From positions 1 through 13,635 of the forward strand of contig JBKGZT010000036.1 of NCBI GenBank assembly GCA_046543235.1: a stretch of 13,635 nt of DNA. Reading direction: 5' to 3'. Each line of letters opens with the position of its first letter. Within the stretch, counting starts at the first letter, position 1. The notes below the pieces were generated by a model. That model worked only from the letters and a program-made list of their open reading frames with translations. It was not told the origin of the DNA and made no database searches. A program made the position numbers and the translations under genes. This DNA is from Candidatus Acetothermia bacterium (lineage in GTDB: Bacteria; Bipolaricaulota; Bipolaricaulia; M55B111). Of this stretch, positions 7,408-13,635 are shown piece after piece.

Positions 7408-9486
7408 TCAGGAAGTTAACCTCATTCGTACGTCAGCTACGAGCGCCGTTTCAGTTGAAGCAAGGACGGGATTCAAATCCAGCTCTTCCACTTCCGGGAA
7501 ATCGATCGAAAACTTCGATACCCGTTGAACTATATCCACTATGGCCCCGATTTCAACCCCTTCGTTCCCCCTTACTCCTTCCAATATCGGGTAAGCATTT
7601 ATCGATTCCACCATTTCTCTGGCTTTTCTTTCGGATACCGGCGCCACGCCGTAGGAGACGTCCTCGAGAACTTCCACGTAGATACCGCCCAGGCCGAACA
7701 TGAGCAACGGTCCGAACTGGGGGTCGCGCTTCATCCCCACTATCACTTCTTCGCCCTCGGCGGCCTTTTGGATCCTTACTCCGTTGATCCGCGCATCCGG
7801 ATGGTTTTCCTTGATCTTCTCCGTCATTATTTGGAACTCGCTCCGGACGTCCTCCGGTTCAACCCCGACCTTTACCCCTCCGACGTCTGATTTATGAACT
7901 ATATCGGGCGAATCGATCTTCAGGACGACCGGGGCAGCAATCTCTTCGGCCAGGTCGACTGCCTCTTCCGGCGTACGAGCCAACCCGGCAGATAGAGTGG
8001 GTATCCCGTATTGTTCCAGCACCTCCAGCCCATCAAGCCCGACCACGTCACCGCTTTTTGCCTTTAATTCCCCCATTAGATCCCTGACTTCGTCAGCCTC
8101 GACGGAAAACTCGGTAGAGGTTCCAAGCTTCCTTTTCCGGACGTCCCCGTACCTGGCCAGGGCGGATAGAGCCCTCACCGCTCTGGCGGGGTCGAAATAG
8201 TTCGGGACGCCGGCCGACTCCAGCCTTTCCTTCGCTTTCGGCTCCAGCTGGCCACCCATCAGTGAACCGACAATCGGCTTATCGGTTCTTTCCCTGGCAT
8301 CGGCAAGGATGTCCGCCAGTTCCGGATATGAAAAGATAGCGGCCGGTGCCGACATGGCAAGTACCGACCCTACGTTATCGTCCTCGATCATGTATTCCAG
8401 GGCCTCCCGATAGTCGTCTTCGTCTGCCTTGCCGGTCAGGTCAATCGGGTTCTTTCGAGAAGCAAGGGACGAAAGTACCCCCTCCAGTTTCTCCAGAGTG
8501 GAGTCCTGGAGTTCGGCAAGCTCCAATCCGTAACCGCCCAGCGCGTCCGTGGCCATAACTCCCGGCCCACCGGCGTTGGTCAGTATACCTACTTTCTTGT
8601 TCTTCGGCGGCTTTTGATGGGCAAGGATCGAACCGAAATCAAACAGTTCCTCGATATCCTCAGCCCTAATAACTCCGCTTTGAGCAAAAGCAGCCTCGTA
8701 CGCATCGTCGCTCCCGGTCAGGGTGCCGGTATGGGAGGCAGCTGCGCTGGCACCTTCATCCGTTCTGCCGGATTTGACGACGACCATTGGCGTCTCCTCG
8801 GTAATTTCCTTCGCAACCTTCACGAACTCCTGACCCCTTTCTATTCCTTCCAAGTAAGCCAGAATTACGTCCGTGTCATCGTCCCTGTTCCATTCCTCGA
8901 TCAGGTCTATCTCGTCGAGCACGGCCTTGTTGCCGAGGGAAACGAAGTGGTTAAACCCCATGCCCGTTTCGTTCGCCCAGTCCAGGACGGCCGTACAGAA
9001 GGCACCGCTCTGACTCATGAAGGAAATATTCCCCGGCAGAGCCATCTCCTGGGCAAAGGTCGCATTCAAATTAGAACCGGTAGAGATGACGCCGATCGCG
9101 TTCGGTCCGATCACGTTCATCCCGTTTTCCCTGGCGACTTCGGCGAGTTCGCTTTCCAGCTTTGCCCCTTCTTCGCCGATTTCCTTGAACCCCCCGCTCA
9201 CCACTATGGCATTCCTTATATTCACTTCGGAACACTCCCGAAGGACGCCGGGAACCACCGGCGCCGGGACGGCGATAACGGCCAGGTCGACAGGACCCGG
9301 AACCTCGGCTATTCTATCGAAACATTCGAGGTCCTCCAGCCTGTCCGCCTTCGGGTTAACGGGATATACCTCCCCCTCGAAACTTTCGAGCAAGTTGGTA
9401 AGGACCTCCCTGCCCACCTCTCCTTTCTTCCTACTCGCACCGATTACCGCGACCGACGAAGGATGAAATAACTTCTCCAGACTCAC
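7408..9486 (-). CDS. Acetate/acyl-CoA ligase (ADP-forming), fused alpha+beta subunits
   Basis: N-terminal CoA-binding fold (SVAVIGAS, VYPVNP, IGPN), SQSGA, SLGNK, phospho-His motif AASHTG, TNAGGPGV, NPIDL, then an ATP-grasp domain (VLKIDSPDIVHKSDVGGV, DPQFGP, ELDLNP). No GNAT domain. GTG start with GGAGG SD. Confidence 0.92.
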   Translation of the reverse strand: MSLEKLFHPSSVAVIGASRKKGEVGREVLTNLLESFEGEVYPVNPKADRLEDLECFDRIAEVPGPVDLAVIAVPAPVVPGVLRECSEVNIRNAIVVSGGFKEIGEEGAKLESELAEVARENGMNVIGPNAIGVISTGSNLNATFAQEMALPGNISFMSQSGAFCTAVLDWANETGMGFNHFVSLGNKAVLDEIDLIEEWNRDDDTDVILAYLEGIERGQEFVKVAKEITEETPMVVVKSGRTDEGASAAASHTGTLTGSDDAYEAAFAQSGVIRAEDIEELFDFGSILAHQKPPKNKKVGILTNAGGPGVMATDALGGYGLELAELQDSTLEKLEGVLSSLASRKNPIDLTGKADEDDYREALEYMIEDDNVGSVLAMSAPAAIFSYPELADILADARERTDKPIVGSLMGGQLEPKAKERLESAGVPNYFDPARAVRALSALARYGDVRKRKLGTSTEFSVEADEVRDLMGELKAKSGDVVGLDGLEVLEQYGIPTLSAGLARTPEEAVDLAEEIAAPVVLKIDSPDIVHKSDVGGVKVGVEPEDVRSEFQIMTEKIKENHPDARINGVRIQKAAEGEEVIVGMKRDPQFGPLLMFGLGGIYVEVLEDVSYGVAPVSERKAREMVESINAYPILEGVRGNEGVEIGAIVDIVQRVSKFSIDFPEVEELDLNPVLASTETALVADVRMRLTS

Positions 9487-9519
9487 ATTACCCCTCCTTT
9501 AACCCCTCAATATGGGTTA

Positions 9520-9548
9520 ATTGTGGGAGAAAAGGAAGGATCTCTCAA
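9520..9548 (-). promoter_or_regulatory. Putative promoter for the acyl-CoA ligase
   Basis: Minus strand TTGAGA (9548-9543), 17 nt spacer, CACAAT (9525-9520); a 7-bp inverted repeat TTAACCC/GGGTTAA (9499-9520) lies between it and the SD. Confidence 0.4.
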
Positions 9549-9579
9549 CAAACCCCGATCCCCTCAGAACCCACTTACA

Positions 9580-9608
9580 TTGAAAAACCGGGCATGATTA
9601 CGTAACCT
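9580..9608 (+). promoter_or_regulatory. Putative sigma70-type promoter for prfA
   Basis: TTGAAA (9580-9585), 17 nt spacer, TAACCT (9603-9608), followed by GGAGG SD and ATG 9633. Confidence 0.55.
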
Positions 9609-9632
9609 GACTTGTCGGAGGAATGAATACCT

Positions 9633-10730
9633 ATGATAGACATCGTTAGCGAATTACCGGAGATCCGGGAGGAATACCAGAGGCTGGAAGAGAAAATGCA
9701 GAACCCGGACGTCATGGAAGGGAGCAAGTACCAGAAGGTCTCCCAGAAGTACTCGAGGGTCAAGAACGTCCTCCAGCTTACGGAAGACCTAAAAGAGACC
9801 TCACAGCGGATAGAAGAAAACGAGGAAATGCTTGAAACCGAAGAAGACGACGAGATGATCGCCCTGATCAAAGAAGAGCTCGAAGAGAACGAGCGGGAAA
9901 AATCACGCCTGCAGGAGGAGATCAAGGACCTCCTAATGCCCCAGCCAGAGGAAGACAAGAAGAACGCCATAGTCGAAATCAGGTCCGGGGCCGGGGGAGA
10001 CGAATCGGCACTCTTTGCTGCCGACCTGCTCAGGCTCTATCAGAGGTTCGCGGAGAGACAGGGATTCGAAGTAGAAACCCTGGAGAACAACCCGACCTCC
10101 ATCGGCGGCTTTACCCTCGTCTCCGTGGCGATAGAAGGAAAAAACGCCTACGGAAGATTCAAGTACGAAAGCGGTGTACACAGGGTTCAGCGCGTACCCG
10201 AGACGGAATCCTCCGGCAGAATTCATACCTCCACGGCCACGGTAGCGGTGTTACCCGAGGCGGAAGAAATCGACGTCGAGATAGACGAAAACGACGTTCG
10301 GGTAGATACCTTTCGTTCATCCGGCCCCGGAGGACAGCACGCCAACGTGACCGACTCGGCCGTCAGGTTGATCCACGAACCTACGGGTATAGAGGTTCAG
10401 TGTCAGGACGAAAGCTCCCAACACAAGAACAGGAAGAAGGCCTGGCGCGTACTGAGGTCCCGCTACAAGGAAAAGATAGAACAAAAGAGGGCGGAAAAAA
10501 GAGATAGCAAGCGGAGGGGGCAGATCGGTCAGGGACAGAGAAGCGAAAAAATAAGGACCTACAACTTTCCTCAGAACAGGTTAACCGATCACCGGATAAG
10601 CTACACGACTCACAACCTGGAAGCCATCATGGAAGGGGAAATAGACGAGTTAATAGGAAAGCTGGAGGAAGCGGAAAAGGAGGAGATGCTGGAAAACCAG
10701 GGCGTAGCCGAACTCCTCAGCGTAGACTGA
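9633..10730 (+). CDS. prfA: Peptide chain release factor 1
   Basis: [24 protein letters not shown] (RF1-specific PxT), [35 protein letters not shown]. Confidence 0.98.
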   Translation: MIDIVSELPEIREEYQRLEEKMQNPDVMEGSKYQKVSQKYSRVKNVLQLTEDLKETSQRIEENEEMLETEEDDEMIALIKEELEENEREKSRLQEEIKDLLMPQPEEDKKNAIVEIRSGAGGDESALFAADLLRLYQRFAERQGFEVETLENNPTSIGGFTLVSVAIEGKNAYGRFKYESGVHRVQRVPETESSGRIHTSTATVAVLPEAEEIDVEIDENDVRVDTFRSSGPGGQHANVTDSAVRLIHEPTGIEVQCQDESSQHKNRKKAWRVLRSRYKEKIEQKRAEKRDSKRRGQIGQGQRSEKIRTYNFPQNRLTDHRISYTTHNLEAIMEGEIDELIGKLEEAEKEEMLENQGVAELLSVD

Positions 10731-10786
10731 TATCGGTAACGGCCTGCCAAACTCCGGTTCTTCAGCCCCTACCAGCCGCCTCAACC

Positions 10787-10815
10787 TTGAAAAAGAAAAT
10801 CCCAAACAATAGAAT
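10787..10815 (+). promoter_or_regulatory. Sigma70-type promoter of tRNA-Ile
   Basis: TTGAAA (10787-10792), 17 nt spacer, TAGAAT (10810-10815), 10 nt before the mature tRNA 5' end. Confidence 0.75.
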
Positions 10816-10825
10816 AAGCAGGCAT

Positions 10826-10902
10826 GGGTCTATAGCTCAGTTGGTCAGAGCGCACGCCTGATAAGCGTGAGGTCCCTGGTTCGACTCCAGGTAGGCCCAC
10901 CA
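10826..10902 (+). tRNA. tRNA-Ile (anticodon GAU), CCA encoded
   Basis: Cloverleaf: acceptor GGGTCTA/TAGGCCC, D arm GCTC..GAGC, anticodon arm CACGC-CTGATAA-GCGTG, T arm CCTGG-TTCGACT-CCAGG, ACCA end; 77 nt. Confidence 0.98.
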
Positions 10903-10908
10903 CCTCTC

Positions 10909-11340
10909 TCAACTCCCGTTTTCCCCTTCGAAGTAACTGATCAGGTCATCCAGCGTGAAGGACTCGAGTACCTCGGTAAACTTCTCGTAAATTACCTCCC
11001 AGACTTCCAGGGTGGGGCAGTTGCTTTCGAGCGGGCAGGGTTTACCTTCGTCGGGCAGGAGGCAGTTCACTGGGGCCAGACTACCGTCTTCCAGGACGGA
11101 AATCACCCTCTTTATGGAAACCTCTTCCGGGTCGTTTGAGAGTTCGTATCCCCCTCCTCGGCCCCGCTTGACCTCGACCAGTTCGGCGTCCTTGAGTTCC
11201 CTCATTATCTTTTCGAGAAAGGGCTGTGGGAGGTCGTACTTCTCGGCAATTTCCTTGGTAGAGAGGTAAGTAGTATCGTACTTCTGCGCCAGCTCGGCCA
11301 TCGCGACCAGCCCGTAGCCGCTCTTTTTTGTAACTCTCAT
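10909..11340 (-). CDS. Rrf2 family transcriptional regulator with three Cys (probable Fe-S binding, IscR-like)
   Basis: MRVTKKSGYGL, FLEKIM..LK.AELV...RGRGGGYEL, VLEDG, C-x8-C-x5-C, FTLDDL; AAGGAGG SD; directly downstream of cysE. Confidence 0.92.
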   Translation of the reverse strand: MRVTKKSGYGLVAMAELAQKYDTTYLSTKEIAEKYDLPQPFLEKIMRELKDAELVEVKRGRGGGYELSNDPEEVSIKRVISVLEDGSLAPVNCLLPDEGKPCPLESNCPTLEVWEVIYEKFTEVLESFTLDDLISYFEGENGS

Positions 11341-11386
11341 ATCCTTCCTCCTTTAAATTACCGCATATTCGTCGGGCTGAACCGAG

Positions 11387-12085
11387 CTAGACGCCGACGT
11401 TCGTGTGATCCAGGTCACCCTCGTCCTTCTGGGAACCCAGGCGGTCCTCCAGCTCTTCAACGGTGGCCTCGAGTTCGAGCTGGCGTTTTAACATGTAATC
11501 AAAAGCATCGCCAAGGGGGTTCGGTATATCCCCGTGATCCAGCTCGAAATCCGGCTGGGGCCTACGCCCTTCCTTGGAAACCTGAGCCGGAACTCCGACG
11601 GCCGTAGTAGTCGGAGGCACGGATTTGGTAACTACCGAGCCCGCACCAACACGAGCACCTTCTCCGATCGTAATCGGTCCAAGCAGAATCCCTCCTGCTC
11701 CGACCTCGACGTTGTTCTCCAGGGTCGGGTGGCGCTTCCCGGATTCCTTGCTCGTCCCTCCGAGAACTACGCCCTGATAAAGCAGGACGTCGTCGCCTAT
11801 TTCTGCCGTCTCCCCGATCACTACACCGCTACCGTGATCTATGAAGACGCCGCTCCCGATTTCCGCTCCCGGATGTATTTCCACGCCGGTCAGAAGTCGG
11901 CTCAAGTGCGAAACCAGTCGCCCAACTAATTTGAGGTGGTGACGCCAGAGAAAGTTGGCAACCCTGTGCATCCACAGAGCGTGAAGTCCAGGATAGCAGC
12001 ACAGTACCTCGGCCAGGTTCCTGGCGGCAGGATCCCTTTCGAACACTGCCTCGACATCCTTACGAAGGCGTTCAAACAGTTTCAT
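11387..12085 (-). CDS. cysE: Serine O-acetyltransferase
   Basis: [57 protein letters not shown]. Start moved from 12250 to ATG 12085, which has an SD and gives the canonical N-terminus. Confidence 0.96.
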   Translation of the reverse strand: MKLFERLRKDVEAVFERDPAARNLAEVLCCYPGLHALWMHRVANFLWRHHLKLVGRLVSHLSRLLTGVEIHPGAEIGSGVFIDHGSGVVIGETAEIGDDVLLYQGVVLGGTSKESGKRHPTLENNVEVGAGGILLGPITIGEGARVGAGSVVTKSVPPTTTAVGVPAQVSKEGRRPQPDFELDHGDIPNPLGDAFDYMLKRQLELEATVEELEDRLGSQKDEGDLDHTNVGV

Positions 12086-12194
12086 GAAACCTCTGCTCCT
12101 CTCCCGTATATAAAATTTATCCACAACTCCTGCGGCGTCCCGTTTATTAACTAATAACCGAACTTCAACGTTCAAAAAAATCCAATCCAAGACC

Positions 12195-12223
12195 ATGGTA
12201 GACGGCAGCCCGCTATTTTTCAA
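12195..12223 (-). promoter_or_regulatory. Putative sigma70-type promoter for cysE-rrf2
   Basis: Minus strand TTGAAA (12223-12218), 17 nt spacer, TACCAT (12200-12195). A second candidate, TTGGGT-16-TATAAT, lies at 12353-12326. Confidence 0.55.
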
Positions 12224-12358
12224 GAGTAATTTGGTCCAGTTTTTCGCCATTTGCCAGAAGGAACCACCTGGTTTAATTCACATAACGGGTGGGATAAAGA
12301 TACTTTTGCCCCCTTGTTCGCTGGTATTATAGAAAATAAGTAAAAATACCCAAATTAG

Positions 12359-12485
12359 GCCCTACCCAAGGTAGGGCGAAGTACACGGAAGCCAATAAAA
12401 TAGAACTGAAAGCATGCTGTTCTATCGGATGGTAGGGGGTTATAGGAAGACAAATACCTACAAGGAGTCTTTTGCATCGCCCTAC
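12359..12485. repeat. Cluster of GTAGGG/CCCTAC inverted repeats (REP-like)
   Basis: Hairpin GCCCTACC-CAA-GGTAGGGC (12359-12377), GGTAGGG (12431-12437), and CGCCCTAC (12478-12485) complementary to GTAGGGCG (12371-12378). Confidence 0.45.
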
Positions 12486-12653
12486 TACAGGGAAATATAA
12501 GAGTTAAAAATTTACGATCTGTAGCAAATGTTAAAAGTTTACATTATTTCTACATAAAAGGAGAAGACTCGGGTGTAGTTCCTAGCTGACTTGGTTTACC
12601 TTTCGTCTCTTAACCCTTTGGGAAAGAATGATGGCATAGAAATTTCCGTCTTC

Positions 12654-13157
12654 TCAAATTGCAAGTGTAACGCTTCCCGAAGTCCCGTCATACACCAAAA
12701 GACAGTGCCGGAGAATATCCCGCCCAATTAAAGCAGAGATATTTTGTCTCTTGAGATCGCTACCGAGAACATTTAAGGAGGTCATATCCGGCAGCCCCTT
12801 GCCTGGAAAAGAGAATTTCACCGCATATAATTCCTGGGTAGCCTGACCGGAAGGAGTGCTCACCTTAGTTGCACCAATGGGAGAAATATTTAGCTTTTGT
12901 AACAAATCTAGGTCGATAGCTGAAATTGAGGCACCGGTATCGATCAAACCCTTGCTTGATTGAGGTGAGGGTATCTCCTTATCGTTGTCTTCAAGTATCT
13001 TGGCGTGTTGGTCGGTAATATGTACCTCGACGTCCATAGTGGAGCCATCTTTAGCTAAAGCGTCGGGATCCGGCTCTACCACTACCTGATCGGGTTGGTC
13101 CTCTTTTTTCGTGCCGGGGAAGCCTATGTTGACCCTAAAATCACTATTTACCGGCAT
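12654..13157 (-). CDS. Retropepsin-like (clan AA) aspartic protease
   Basis: Catalytic LIDTGAS (DTGA at 12941-12930), flap-like VSTPSG and ALIGRDIL (GRD at 12725-12717). Single-domain, so presumably a homodimer; no signal peptide or TM segment visible. Confidence 0.88.
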   Translation of the reverse strand: MPVNSDFRVNIGFPGTKKEDQPDQVVVEPDPDALAKDGSTMDVEVHITDQHAKILEDNDKEIPSPQSSKGLIDTGASISAIDLDLLQKLNISPIGATKVSTPSGQATQELYAVKFSFPGKGLPDMTSLNVLGSDLKRQNISALIGRDILRHCLLVYDGTSGSVTLAI

Positions 13158-13425
13158 GTATTATCCCAAGCTCTAAGGCAGGTAGATGATCAACTTGCTC
13201 TTCTTTGGATACCCGTTGAACGAGAAACGGCTGTAGGCCAAATTTGTTCAGTCCTTCCTCGTAAGCTTTCTGTTGAGAATCGTAAGGGCCAAGGACGGCA
13301 TCCCCCTGGATTGCTATGAACTTACCCTCACCGTATTCGTCCACCCAGTCCTCCTTTTTTGACTCATAAAGCTCTATTTCGTTTCTCAATGTTAGTTCCT
13401 CGCTTTCCTCGACCATTTTTATCAC
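13144..13425 (-). CDS. Small acidic hypothetical protein, DUF5678-like
   Basis: 93 aa; pattern YGEGKFIAIQGDAVLGPYDSQQKAYEEG...PFLVQRV resembles DUF5678 proteins (recognised by eye). GAGGT SD before the GTG; overlaps the protease gene by 14 nt. Confidence 0.7.
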   Translation of the reverse strand: MIKMVEESEELTLRNEIELYESKKEDWVDEYGEGKFIAIQGDAVLGPYDSQQKAYEEGLNKFGLQPFLVQRVSKEEQVDHLPALELGIIHAGK

Positions 13426-13441
13426 CTACTACCTCTAATAC

Positions 13442-13470
13442 ATTTTAAGAAAAAGCGGACTAGATTTCAC
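13442..13470 (-). promoter_or_regulatory. Putative promoter of the DUF5678-like/protease module
   Basis: Minus strand GTGAAA (13470-13465), 17 nt spacer, TAAAAT (13447-13442), immediately upstream of the SD. Confidence 0.5.
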
Positions 13471-13564
13471 TTTTGAACTCCTACCACGACTTATTCTTGT
13501 TCCGCCGAATATGCTGATCTGCTGCCACCCCGGCCTGCCCGACGTGTTTATGTCGGTATTAGAT

Positions 13565-13635
13565 TTAACCTGACGCCCCTCGAAATGACTTCATCGCCCC
13601 TTCAAGCTCCTCGTCCACGATATGAGTGTAAATCA
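13565..13635 (-). CDS. C-terminal end of a tyrosine recombinase/integrase (partial, runs off the right edge)
   Basis: Minus strand from 13633 reads IYTHIVDEELEGAMKSFRGASG*. IYTH followed by a final helix is the catalytic-Tyr end of XerC/D-like recombinases. Only 22 residues are visible. Confidence 0.75.
   Translation of the reverse strand, partial: IYTHIVDEELEGAMKSFRGASG

Noticed and set aside
7408-9486. Protein lysine acetyltransferase (Pat/YfiQ) call
   Set aside because: There is no GNAT domain and the catalytic His of the ligase is retained.
171-12154. Numerous overlapping or antisense ORFs in the track (e.g. 425-853, 480-950, 2731-3315, 4795-5130, 5807-6301, 8614-9471, 9575-9970, 10867-11139, 11534-11929)
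   Set aside because: All shadow well-supported genes or the tRNA and show no recognisable motifs; they are expected by-products of GC-rich, Glu-rich coding sequence.
12086-12250. 55-aa N-terminal extension of CysE given by the ORF track
   Set aside because: It has no CysE similarity and contains a good promoter candidate; ATG 12085 has an SD and gives the canonical start.
12260-12270. AGGTGGTTCC on the minus strand resembling a T-box upstream of cysE
   Set aside because: It lacks the UGGNACC consensus, and no terminator/antiterminator or specifier stem is recognisable.
12570-12581. CGGGTGTAGTTC resembling a tRNA-Gly 5' end
   Set aside because: No D arm, anticodon arm or T arm follows; probably chance.
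12561-13635. Integron interpretation (IntI plus cassette with attC)
   Set aside because: The recombinase tail does not resemble the IntI C-terminus, and the genes lie downstream of it rather than upstream. The inverted repeat GAGAAGAC/GTCTTCTC (12561-12655) lacks RYYYAAC/GTTRRRY attC ends.

Overview
Bacterial chromosomal window, mostly housekeeping genes: fmt, recG, a lone gatC, rpsB-tsf-pyrH (no frr), an ArsR-glutaredoxin pair, a fused ADP-forming acyl-CoA synthetase, prfA, a stand-alone tRNA-Ile(GAU) and cysE-Rrf2. The proteins are strikingly Glu/Asp-rich, which suggests a halophilic 'salt-in' bacterium (inference). The right ~1.4 kb is visibly more AT-rich and looks accessory. It holds the 3' end of a tyrosine recombinase (IYTH motif, missed by the ORF track), followed on the same strand by an overlapping two-gene module: a small DUF5678-like protein and a retropepsin-like aspartic protease. 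Beyond these lies a non-coding stretch with a dif-like site and REP-like GTAGGG inverted repeats. This recombinase-linked protease module is the best candidate for an uncharacterised system. A second candidate is a ~115-nt self-complementary element upstream of the rpsB promoter. All family calls come from motif recognition by eye; no searches were run.
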